Assembly (NCBI GenBank): GCA_036522715.1
Contig: DATDFH010000421.1
Span: 1 to 32,562 of the forward strand
DNA: 32,562 nucleotides
From: Verrucomicrobiia bacterium
Lineage (GTDB): Bacteria > Verrucomicrobiota > Verrucomicrobiia > Limisphaerales > JACQFS01
Direction: 5' to 3'
The position numbers and the translations under genes are program-made. The notes below the pieces were generated by a model. That model did no database searches. It was not told where the DNA came from and was given only the letters and a program-made list of their open reading frames with translations. Of this stretch, positions 5,561 to 14,094 are shown one piece after another; the stretch's first letter is position 1; each line of letters opens with the position of its first letter.

Positions 5561-8500
5561 AAACGAATCGTGGCACTGCTGTCGATGGGGATCATTGGCA
5601 TTGGCGCCGTCAACACCGGTGGCGACGCAAACCAAGCCCTGGCCGATGAGCCGCGTCTGAAGTTGAGCGTCCCCGGCGGGTTCGTCTTGGGTGTCCCCCC
5701 GCTGCAAATGCAGTTGACCGGTGATCCCAATCAGACCTACGTCATCCAGACCTCGACAGACCTGGCCAACTGGACCACCCTTTCCACCAATCAAACGGAC
5801 GCCACCGGCGCGGCGCGTTCGGAAGACGCGCAGTGGAGCCAGTTCAACAGCCGGTTCTATCGGGCGGTGCCGGTGGGCGTTCCAAATTTTCGCGGCGACA
5901 GAATTCTGGTCAAGCCGCTGCCCGGCGTGGATTTGACCGCGCTGCACGGAATCACCGGGGCGCAGGTTTTACGGCATTACCCAGCGATTGGGAACCTGCA
6001 AGTCGTCCACGTGCCGCCCGGGCTGACGGTGCCGGCGGTACTGGCGCTTTATCAACAGAGCGGACTCGTCGCGTATGCCGAAGCCGACGGCATCGTGCAC
6101 GCGCTGGCGACGCCAAATGACTTTCGTTATCAGGACGGTTCGTTGTGGGGACTGAACAACGTAGGTCAGCTCGGCGGCGTGCCCGACGCAGACATTGACG
6201 CGCCGGAAGGCTGGGACACCCAGAACAGTGCCGCCAACGTGATCGTGGCCGTAATCGACACGGGAGTGCGCTACACCCACGAAGATCTCGCGGCCAACAT
6301 GTGGGTCAATCCCGCCGACGGCAGCCACGGCATCAACGCCATCACCGACACCAACGATCCCAACGACGATCACGGGCACGGCAGCCACGTTGCGGGCACC
6401 ATCGGCGGTGTGGGCAACAACTCGGTCGGCGTCGTCGGCGTCTGCTGGAAGGTGCAGATCATGGCGCTCAAATTCCTGGACCCACAGGGCAACGGCTCGA
6501 TTTCCGACGCCATCCAGTGCATTGATTTCGCCCGGAACAACGGAGCGAAGGTGATCAACGCCAGTTGGGGCAGCACGACCTTCACGTCGCAGGCGCTGCA
6601 CGACGCGATCGCCAGCGCGGGCCAGGCCGGCATCATCTTTGTGGCCGCCGCCGGAAATTCCTCGGCCAACAACGACACCACGCCGCTCTATCCTGCCAGC
6701 TACGACTTGGACAACATCATCGCCGTCGCCGCGACCACGCGCACGGATGAACTGGCCACCTTTTCCGATTACGGCGCCGCGAGCGTGGACCTTGGCGCGC
6801 CGGGCGCGGCGATTTTCTCCTGCTGGAACGGCTCCGACAGCGACTACAAATATCTTGATGGCAGTTCCGCGGCCACGCCTCACGTCGCGGGAGCTTGCGC
6901 GTTGTTGATGGCCCGCTTCCCCGGCGAAGATTATCACCAGACGATCAATCGAATCCTCTCCACCGTCGATCCGCTGCCAACACTCGCGGGCAAGAGCGTC
7001 ACGGGCGGCCGGCTCAATCTGCAAAAGGCGCTCGGTGGCACGCCACCGCCTTCGCCAACTGTCACCGTGACGGCCACGGATGCCAACGCCTCAGAAGCCG
7101 GGCCTGACACGGGGACGTTTACGGTCACCCGCACGGGCGGAACCACGACGCCACTCGTCGTCAACTACACGCTTGGCGGCACGGCGGGAAACGGAACGGA
7201 TTATCAGAGCCTGCCGACCTCGGTGACAATTCCGGCCGGTGCAAGCTCGGCGAACATCACTGTGACACCCATCGACGACACGGCAGTCGAAGGCAACGAA
7301 TCGGTTGTCATCACGCTCGCGGCCGATGCGACGTACACCGTCGGCTCGCCTGGTAGCGCGACCATTACCATCGCGGACAATGACCAGACGACGCTGCCCG
7401 TGGTGACAGTGACGGCCATTGATCCCAACGCTTCCGAAACCGGACCCGATCCGGGCGTTATCCGTTTCCATCGCACCGGCGACACCTCGCAACCGCTGAC
7501 GGTGAACTGGTCGTTCTCCGGCACGGCGGTCAACGGGACTGACTACCAACAGTTGCCCACCACCGGCAACTTCCCCGCCGGCCAGGCTGACGCCGACCTG
7601 ACGATCACGCCCATCGACGATTCTCTAGTCGAAGGAAATGAAACCGTGGTGCTCACGCTCTCCGCGAATGCCGCCTACACGGTTGGCTCGCCCAGCAGCG
7701 CGACCGTGACCATCGCGGACAACGATTCACCGCCGCCGCTGCCGACTGTCACGGTTACGGCCACGGACGCCAACGCTTCTGAGTCGGGTGACACCGGGAC
7801 GTTCACTGTCAGCCGAACCGGGAGTACAGCCACCGCACTGACCGTGAACTACTCGTTGGGCGGCACCGCCGGCAACGGGTCGGATTATCAAACATTGTCC
7901 GGCTCGGTCACGATCGCAGCGGGCGCCAGTTCGGCGAACATCACCGTCACGCCCGTCGACGACACAATTGTCGAGGGCAACGAAACGGTCGTGCTCGCGA
8001 TCTCCGCGAATGCGGCATACACGATCGGTTCACCCGGCAGCGCAACGGTGACGATCGCGGACAACGATTCGCCGCCGCCACCACCAACCGTGACGGTTAC
8101 GGTTACAGATGCCAACGCCTCCGAATCGGGCGACACGGGCACGTTCACCGTGAGCCGCAGTGGAAGCACGGCCTCGTCGTTGACGGTCTTCTACTCGATG
8201 AGTGGCAGCGCGCAGAACGGGTCGGATTATCAAACGCTGTCCGGATCGGTGGCGATCCCGGCGGGCGCGAGTTCCGCGAACATCACCGTCACGCCGATTG
8301 ATGACACGATTGTGGAAGGCAACGAGACCGTCGTGCTCACGCTCTCCGCGAATGCCGCCTACACGGTTGGCTCGCCCAGCAGCGCGACCGTGACCATTGC
8401 CGACAACGATTCACCGCCGCCGCTGCCGACCGTGACGGTTGTCGCGAGCGACGCCAACGCCTCCGAAACGGGCGACACGGGCACGTTCACCGTGAGCCGC

Positions 8501-9073
8501 AGCGGAAGCACGGCCTCGTCGTTGACGGTCTTCTACTCGATGAGTGGCAGCGCGCAGAACGGGTCGGATTATCAAACGCTGTCCGGATCGGTGGCGATCC
8601 CGGCGGGCGCGAGTTCGGCCAACATCACGCTCGTGCCGATCAACGACACGATTGTCGAAGGCAACGAAACCGCCGTGCTGACGCTCTCGCCGAACGCGGC
8701 CTACTCCGTCGGCTCGCCGAACAACTCGACCGTCACCATTGCCGACAACGACCAGCCGCCGCCACTACAGGCCAACTTCACGGCGAGCCCGCTGCTGGGA
8801 ATCGTGCCGCTCATCGTGCAATTCGCCGACACGTCCACCGGCAATCCGGTTTCGTGGGACTGGAATTTCGGCGACGGCTCGCCTCACGACACGGCGCAGA
8901 ACACGTCGCATATTTATCTGCTGCCCGGCGATTACACGGCCACACTGACGGTTCGCAACAGCGCTGGCGCGACCAGCAGCAAGAGCGTGACGATCCACGC
9001 GACGTTGCTGGGATTGGGCCTCGAGCCGCCGCCCGCGACTCCCGCCGAGGCATTTCCAACCACGCTCCCATGA
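5519..9073 (+). CDS. Secreted subtilisin-family (S8) serine peptidase with 5 Calx-beta repeats and a C-terminal PKD domain
   Basis: The protein has a signal peptide, an FYR-type beta module (…TYVIQTSTDLANWTTL…RFYRAV) and an I9-like propeptide (FRGDRILVKP…YAEADGIVHA). The subtilase triad motifs are VAVIDTGV, HGHGSHVAGTIG and GSSAATPHVAG. Five 114-aa Calx-beta-type repeats follow (DANASE…NG.DY…DD..EGNE…IADND), then a PKD-like domain (WDWNFGDGS…YTATLTVRN). Confidence 0.9.
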   Translation: MKPVRLLMKPVRLLKRIVALLSMGIIGIGAVNTGGDANQALADEPRLKLSVPGGFVLGVPPLQMQLTGDPNQTYVIQTSTDLANWTTLSTNQTDATGAARSEDAQWSQFNSRFYRAVPVGVPNFRGDRILVKPLPGVDLTALHGITGAQVLRHYPAIGNLQVVHVPPGLTVPAVLALYQQSGLVAYAEADGIVHALATPNDFRYQDGSLWGLNNVGQLGGVPDADIDAPEGWDTQNSAANVIVAVIDTGVRYTHEDLAANMWVNPADGSHGINAITDTNDPNDDHGHGSHVAGTIGGVGNNSVGVVGVCWKVQIMALKFLDPQGNGSISDAIQCIDFARNNGAKVINASWGSTTFTSQALHDAIASAGQAGIIFVAAAGNSSANNDTTPLYPASYDLDNIIAVAATTRTDELATFSDYGAASVDLGAPGAAIFSCWNGSDSDYKYLDGSSAATPHVAGACALLMARFPGEDYHQTINRILSTVDPLPTLAGKSVTGGRLNLQKALGGTPPPSPTVTVTATDANASEAGPDTGTFTVTRTGGTTTPLVVNYTLGGTAGNGTDYQSLPTSVTIPAGASSANITVTPIDDTAVEGNESVVITLAADATYTVGSPGSATITIADNDQTTLPVVTVTAIDPNASETGPDPGVIRFHRTGDTSQPLTVNWSFSGTAVNGTDYQQLPTTGNFPAGQADADLTITPIDDSLVEGNETVVLTLSANAAYTVGSPSSATVTIADNDSPPPLPTVTVTATDANASESGDTGTFTVSRTGSTATALTVNYSLGGTAGNGSDYQTLSGSVTIAAGASSANITVTPVDDTIVEGNETVVLAISANAAYTIGSPGSATVTIADNDSPPPPPTVTVTVTDANASESGDTGTFTVSRSGSTASSLTVFYSMSGSAQNGSDYQTLSGSVAIPAGASSANITVTPIDDTIVEGNETVVLTLSANAAYTVGSPSSATVTIADNDSPPPLPTVTVVASDANASETGDTGTFTVSRSGSTASSLTVFYSMSGSAQNGSDYQTLSGSVAIPAGASSANITLVPINDTIVEGNETAVLTLSPNAAYSVGSPNNSTVTIADNDQPPPLQANFTASPLLGIVPLIVQFADTSTGNPVSWDWNFGDGSPHDTAQNTSHIYLLPGDYTATLTVRNSAGATSSKSVTIHATLLGLGLEPPPATPAEAFPTTLP
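7055..8764 (+). repeat. Five tandem 342-bp (114-codon) coding repeats encoding Calx-beta domains
   Basis: The span is exactly 5 x 342 bp. Repeat copies 4 and 5 differ at 2 of 164 nt (8111..8274 versus 8453..8616). 7649..7746 and 8333..8430 differ at 2 of 98 nt. These are in-frame protein repeats, not a CRISPR array. Confidence 0.9.
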
Positions 9074-9125
9074 CTTGGGCAAAGGGCCCAGAAACGAGGC
9101 CCAATCCGACGTCCGCGCGCGTTCC

Positions 9126-9192
9126 GGGGTGAAACCCCACCAGCGCGATTTGTTCTGGGGTTTCTCCCGCTTCGTGGCCGGGGTGTTCACCC
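9126..9192. repeat. Cluster of three copies of a short GGGGT-N(0-1)-TT(C)A/T-CCCC-like inverted-repeat motif upstream of the first kinase gene (function unknown)
   Basis: The copies are ggggtgaaacccc (9126-9138; reverse complement ggggtttcacccc), ggggtttctccc (9157-9168) and ggggtgttcaccc (9180-9192). Related copies occur in other 5' intergenic regions (see findings). Confidence 0.3.
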
Positions 9193-9211
9193 GCCTTCCG
9201 CCCGACCGGGA

Positions 9212-11542
9212 ATGTGCAAAATTTTCGGTGGGGCCGGAATTGAACGTGTGAAAGAAGAGATTCACATACTCGTAATCGAAGATGTCCCCACGGACGTGGT
9301 GATGATCAATCACGAGTTGCGTCGGGGCCGGATGAACTTCCGCTCCAAGCGCGTCGAGACCCGGGACGCGTTTCTGCGCGAACTGGAGCAAAACCCGCCT
9401 GATGTGATTCTCTCCGACCACGGTCTGCCGAGTTTCGACGGTTTCACGGCGCTGGCCATCGCGAAGGACAAATGTCCCGACGTGCCGTTCATCTTCGTGA
9501 CCAGCGCGCTGGGCGAGTCGGTGACGATTCAAACCTTCGAGAGCGGCGCCACGGACTATGTGCTCAAGAGCCAGCTTTCGAATCTCGTCCCGACCATCGA
9601 GCGCGCATTGCGCGAGGCGGAGGAACGAGTCAATCATCGCGAGGCCGAGCGTGCACTGCGCGAGAGTGAGGAACGCTTTCGCATGTTGGTCGAAGGCGTG
9701 AAAGATTACGCCATCGTCATGCTCGATCCCCAGGGCCGCATCACCAGTTGGAACGCCGGTGCGGAGTGGATGATCGGCTATCGCGCCGAAGAAATTCTCG
9801 GCCAGCATTTCTCGCGCTTCTACACCGCCGAGGACGTGCAGAAGCACCAACCCGAGCAGGCGTTGCGGACCGCCGCCGCCGAAGGCCGCCACGAGGAGGA
9901 AAACTGGCGGACGCGCAAGGGCGGCTCGAAGTTCCGCGCCAATGTCGTGCTCACGGCGCTGCGCGACGAGCGCGGTCAACTGCGGGGCTTCGCCAACGTG
10001 ACGCGCAACATCACCGAACGGATCAAAGTGCAGGACGCCTTGCGGGAGAGCGAACAGCGCTTCCGCCTCCTGGTCGAGGGAGTGGTGGATTACGCGATTT
10101 ACACGCTCGACCCCGAAGGGCGCGTGACCTTATGGAACAACGGCGGCGAGCGCCTGATGGGTTACAGCGCGGAGGAAATCATCGGGCAGCCCTTCGCGCG
10201 ATTGTACACGCGAGAGGATCGCGAGCAGCACAAGCCGGAAGAGATCCTGCGTGAAGCCGCCACCCACGGCCGGTTTGAAGAAGAGGGCTGGCGCGTGCGC
10301 AAGGACGGCTCGCGCTTCCTGGCCAACACGCTGACCACCGCCGTGCATGACGACGCCGGCCAACTCTGCGGGTTCTCCCGCATCAGCCGCGACGTGACCG
10401 CGCGGCACCAAACCGAGCAGGCATTGCGAAAGAGCGAACAGCTTTACCGCACGGTGGCCAGCAACATCCCCAACGGTTTCGTGGCCATTTTCGACACGGA
10501 TCTGCGGTTCCTGCTGGTCGATGGCAAGGAGGCCCTGGAGTCGATCGGGCTTTCCAAGGAGCGGTTGCAGGGCAAAACCGTCGGGGAAATTGTTCCGGCC
10601 GGGAAGTACGCGCTGGTCGAACCCATTTACCGTGGCGCTCTGGATGGCACGGAGGTGACCACGGAGCTTCCGTGTGAAGATCGCACGTTTCTCGTCAACG
10701 CGCTGCCGCTGAGAAATGGCGATGGCAAAATCTACGCGGGCATCGTCTTGGCACTCGACATCACCGAGCGGCGCCTGGTGGAGGACCGCGTCCGCAAACT
10801 CAACGAGCAGCTCGAACAACGCGTACGCGAACGCACCGCCGAACTCGAGGCCGCGAACAAGGAGCTTGAGGCATTCAGTTATTCCGTCTCACACGACTTG
10901 CGCACGCCGCTCCGGCATATCGACGCATTCACGCAGTTGCTTCAGAAGGGTGCCGCGCGCAAGCTCGATCAACAAAGCCGGCGCCATCTGGAGACCATCG
11001 CCCAAGCCACCCGGCAGATGAACCAGTTGATCGACGGCCTGCTCGCCCTGTCGCGCACCGACCGCGCCGAACTGCACAAAACCGCACTGGGCCTCAACGA
11101 TCTGGTGAAGGCCGCCCGCCAGGATTTGCGCCAGGACGCCGAGGGGCGTACGATCCAATGGGTCGTTGGCGCATTGCCCGAAGTGCGCGGCGATCCAGCG
11201 CTGTTGCGCCAAGTCATGGTGAATCTCATTTCCAACGCGCTTAAGTACACGCGTCCCCGGGCGGAGGCCCGCATCGAGATCGGCGCCTCGGAGACGGAGT
11301 CGGAGACGGTCGTGTTCGTGCGCGACAACGGCGTGGGATTTGACGCGAAGTACGCGGACCGGCTGTTCGGCGTGTTCCAGCGGCTCCATTCCAACGAGGA
11401 TTTTGAGGGCACGGGCATCGGCCTGGCCAACGTGCGGCGCAGCATCGAGCGGCATGGCGGCCGCACCTGGGCCGAGGGCGCGGTCGATGCCGGCGCCACT
11501 TTCTATTTTTCGCTGCCGAAGAGAGCAGGAGGTGAAACATGA
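9212..11542 (+). CDS. Hybrid sensor histidine kinase: N-terminal receiver + three PAS/PAC modules + HisKA + HATPase_c
   Basis: The REC domain shows VILSDHGLP and DYVLK. There are three PAS modules; the first two are clear paralogs (RESEERFRMLVEGVKDYAI… / RESEQRFRLLVEGVVDYAI…). The H-box is SYSVSHDLRTPL. ATPase boxes are NLISNALKYT, RDNGVGFD and GTGIGLA. The GTG at 9248 (VKEEIHILV) is a plausible alternative start, matching the start of the paralog at 12094. Confidence 0.9.
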   Translation: MCKIFGGAGIERVKEEIHILVIEDVPTDVVMINHELRRGRMNFRSKRVETRDAFLRELEQNPPDVILSDHGLPSFDGFTALAIAKDKCPDVPFIFVTSALGESVTIQTFESGATDYVLKSQLSNLVPTIERALREAEERVNHREAERALRESEERFRMLVEGVKDYAIVMLDPQGRITSWNAGAEWMIGYRAEEILGQHFSRFYTAEDVQKHQPEQALRTAAAEGRHEEENWRTRKGGSKFRANVVLTALRDERGQLRGFANVTRNITERIKVQDALRESEQRFRLLVEGVVDYAIYTLDPEGRVTLWNNGGERLMGYSAEEIIGQPFARLYTREDREQHKPEEILREAATHGRFEEEGWRVRKDGSRFLANTLTTAVHDDAGQLCGFSRISRDVTARHQTEQALRKSEQLYRTVASNIPNGFVAIFDTDLRFLLVDGKEALESIGLSKERLQGKTVGEIVPAGKYALVEPIYRGALDGTEVTTELPCEDRTFLVNALPLRNGDGKIYAGIVLALDITERRLVEDRVRKLNEQLEQRVRERTAELEAANKELEAFSYSVSHDLRTPLRHIDAFTQLLQKGAARKLDQQSRRHLETIAQATRQMNQLIDGLLALSRTDRAELHKTALGLNDLVKAARQDLRQDAEGRTIQWVVGALPEVRGDPALLRQVMVNLISNALKYTRPRAEARIEIGASETESETVVFVRDNGVGFDAKYADRLFGVFQRLHSNEDFEGTGIGLANVRRSIERHGGRTWAEGAVDAGATFYFSLPKRAGGET

Positions 11543-12021
11543 ATGACGGCAGACACATTCTGGTCGTGGACGACAATTCGACGAACGTCGACCTGATTCT
11601 GGCCGCGCTCAGGCGCCACAAGTTTTCCTTCGAGGTCGTCGTGGCCAACGACGGCGATGAGGCGCTCGACTACCTGTACCGCCGGGGCAAATTCCTCGGA
11701 CGCAACGGCGGTGCACCCGCAGTGGTGTTGCTCGACTTGAAGATGCCGCGCGTGGACGGTTTTGAAGTGTTGCGGCAGGTCAAGGGCAGCGCCGAGTTGA
11801 AGATGATTCCCATCGTGGTCTTCAGTTCCTCGGGCGGCGATCAGGACCGGCTCAAAAGCTACCAGTTGGGCGCCAACGCCTACGTCGTCAAGCCCGTCGG
11901 CTTTGAGGAATTCCTCGAAGCCATCCGGGCCATCGGCGTGTTCTGGGCGGACATCAACCAGCCGCCGCCCATTCATTCGAGCGGCGGGCGCGACACAGCA
12001 AGGCTGAATGTCGCAGCCTGA
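11539..12021 (+). CDS. Stand-alone CheY-like response regulator receiver protein
   Basis: Receiver motifs are ILVVDDN, VVLLDLKMPRVDG, VVFSSS and NAYVVKP. The start ATG overlaps the upstream stop (ATGA, 11539-11542), suggesting translational coupling. Confidence 0.9.
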   Translation: MNDGRHILVVDDNSTNVDLILAALRRHKFSFEVVVANDGDEALDYLYRRGKFLGRNGGAPAVVLLDLKMPRVDGFEVLRQVKGSAELKMIPIVVFSSSGGDQDRLKSYQLGANAYVVKPVGFEEFLEAIRAIGVFWADINQPPPIHSSGGRDTARLNVAA

Positions 12022-12093
12022 TCGCAATTGGCGGCCCGGTCGTCTCTGGCGAATCGCGTCGCCTAGATTGTCCGGCCGCGCGGCGCGTTTTCC

Positions 12094-13257
12094 GTGAAGA
12101 AAGAGATTCACATCCTGATGCTCGAGGACAACCCGGCCGATGCCGAGTTGAACGAGTTGACGCTGCGTGACGGCGGACTGGGTTTTGTGATCCGGCGCGT
12201 CGAGCGCAAGGTCGATTTCGTCCGCGCCCTCGAAGAATGTCCGCCCGACCTCATCCTGTCGGACTACGCGCTGCCAACGTTTGACGGTCTGGCCGCCCTG
12301 GCCATCGCGCGGGAGAAATGCCCCGACGTGCCGTTTCTCTTCGTCACCGGGACGATGGGCGAGGAAGTGGCGATTGAAACGCTCAAGAACGGCGCGACGG
12401 ACTACGTGCTGAAAACGCGCCTCTCGCGGCTCGTCCCCTCGGTGCACCGCGCCTTGCGCGAGGCGCAGGAGCGGGCCGACCGGCGGCGCGCCGAACGACA
12501 GCTCCGGGAGTCGCACGAGCAATTGCGCGCGCTGTCCGCCCACCTGCAAACCGTGCGCGAGGAGGAGCGCACGCGCATCGCCCGCGAGGTGCACGACGAG
12601 TTGGGCCAGGCTCTGACCGGCTTGAAACTGGACCTCTCGCGGCTTGGAAACCAGTTGCCCCGCGCTCCGAAGGCGCCTGTCGAAAAGGTCAAATCGCTCG
12701 TCGCGCGCATCGATTGCACCATCCAGACCGTGCGGCGCATCGCCACCGAATTGCGCCCCGGCATCCTGGACGATCTCGGTCTGGTGGCGGCGATCGAGTG
12801 GCAGGCAAACGATTTCCAGTCGCGCACTGGCATCACCTGCGAAGTGACGGCAATGGATTGCGAGCCGGAATTGAATCGGGACCTCAACACCACGTTTTTC
12901 CGCATCTTTCAGGAAACGCTGACCAACGTCATCCGCCACGCCGAGGCCACGCGCGTGGAGGTGCAGTTGAAACAGGAGGCGGATCACGTCGTGCTGGAAG
13001 TCAGCGACAACGGGCGCGGCATTTCCGAGGCGGAGATTGCCGACACACGCTCGATCGGCCTGCGTGGGATGCGCGAACGCGCGGCGCTGCTCGGTGGCGA
13101 CGTGACCATCCGCGGCCTTCCAAACGAGGGAACATCGGTCACGGTGCGGATTCCCTTCAACCGGTTCCTGAACAACAAAAGGCGCAATCATGAAGATACT
13201 CATCGTGGACGATCACGCCGTGGTGCGAAAAGGCTTGCGGCAGGTCCTGGCCGATGA
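12094..13257 (+). CDS. Receiver-fused histidine kinase of the HisKA_3 (NarX/LiaS-like) type
   Basis: The gene starts at a GTG. Its REC domain is paralogous to that of 9212..11542. The HisKA_3-type H-box is RIAREVHDELGQALTGLK. HATPase_c motifs are ETLTNVIRHA, DNGRGI and GLRGMRERA. A basic C-terminal tail overlaps the next gene by 68 nt. Confidence 0.85.
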   Translation: MKKEIHILMLEDNPADAELNELTLRDGGLGFVIRRVERKVDFVRALEECPPDLILSDYALPTFDGLAALAIAREKCPDVPFLFVTGTMGEEVAIETLKNGATDYVLKTRLSRLVPSVHRALREAQERADRRRAERQLRESHEQLRALSAHLQTVREEERTRIAREVHDELGQALTGLKLDLSRLGNQLPRAPKAPVEKVKSLVARIDCTIQTVRRIATELRPGILDDLGLVAAIEWQANDFQSRTGITCEVTAMDCEPELNRDLNTTFFRIFQETLTNVIRHAEATRVEVQLKQEADHVVLEVSDNGRGISEAEIADTRSIGLRGMRERAALLGGDVTIRGLPNEGTSVTVRIPFNRFLNNKRRNHEDTHRGRSRRGAKRLAAGPGR

Positions 13258-13819
13258 ATATCGGCGGGCCGATTTCGGTGAGGCGCGCAACGCCCATGAG
13301 GCGCTAAACCGCGTCGGAAAGGAGAAATGGGACGTGGTGGTGCTGGACATCACCATGCCCGGGCGCAGCGGCCTGGAGGTCTTGCGCGAAATCAAACGGT
13401 CCAAGCCGCAAGTCCCCGTGCTGATTCTGAGCATGCACCCGGAGGACCAGTTCGCCGTGCGCATGCTCCAGGCCGGCGCCTCGGGCTACATGACCAAGGA
13501 AAGCGCTCCAGAGGAACTGGTCGGCGCCGTCAAAAAGATCCTCGCCGGCCGCCGCTACGTCAGCCCGGCGCTGGCGGAAAAAATGGCGCTCTATCTCGCC
13601 GAGGACACCCGCCGGCCCTTGCACGAACGGCTCTCCCACCGCGAATTCCAGGTGATGCGTCTGATCGCTTCCGGCAAGACCGTGCGCGAAATCGCCGAAG
13701 AAAATTTCCTCAGCGTCAAAACCGTCCGCACCTACCACCAGCGCATCCTTGAAAAGATGGGGATGAAACGAAACGCGGAACTGACCCGTTACGCCATCGA
13801 AAACCAACTCGTCGAGTGA
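13190..13819 (+). CDS. NarL/LuxR-family response regulator (REC + LuxR-type HTH)
   Basis: REC motifs are ILIVDDH, VVVLDITMPG and GYMTK. The C-terminal HTH is LSHREFQVMRLIASGKTVREIAEENFLSVKTVRTYHQRILEKMG. Confidence 0.9.
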   Translation: MKILIVDDHAVVRKGLRQVLADEYRRADFGEARNAHEALNRVGKEKWDVVVLDITMPGRSGLEVLREIKRSKPQVPVLILSMHPEDQFAVRMLQAGASGYMTKESAPEELVGAVKKILAGRRYVSPALAEKMALYLAEDTRRPLHERLSHREFQVMRLIASGKTVREIAEENFLSVKTVRTYHQRILEKMGMKRNAELTRYAIENQLVE

Positions 13820-14094
13820 GCGGAACGCAACGGGGTGACACGTGTTCGTTCGTCCATTTCGCCTCGCCTCCTTGTCGTGGATTCCTTCGTAGCTGCGCTG
13901 GGGTCTTCACCCCACTTTCGGACAGCCCGCGCGCGACCGTATCTTGCGCCAGTTCATGGAATATGCCGGCCTCGGGTATGAAGAACGAAAAGGAACCGGG
14001 GCCGGCTTTGGAAACCGTAGTCAGGGCCTGGGGCTGTCAGCGCTAAGGCGGGGTTCTCTGAGAGCGCTTCAGCCAGCTTCGCGCCCGTTCGCTT

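Noticed and set aside
7055-8764. A regularly spaced tandem repeat that could superficially resemble a CRISPR-like or satellite array.
   Set aside because: The period is 342 bp with no spacer/repeat alternation. The whole array is in frame and encodes five Calx-beta domains within a subtilase gene.
13816-14046. A 76-aa ORF in the gap between the LuxR-type regulator and the EPS export gene, plus other small intergenic ORFs such as 29234..29509.
   Set aside because: They have no motifs, an odd composition (Cys/Ser/Arg-rich), a GTG start overlapping the upstream stop, and no RBS-like sequence. More likely non-coding promoter/leader DNA.
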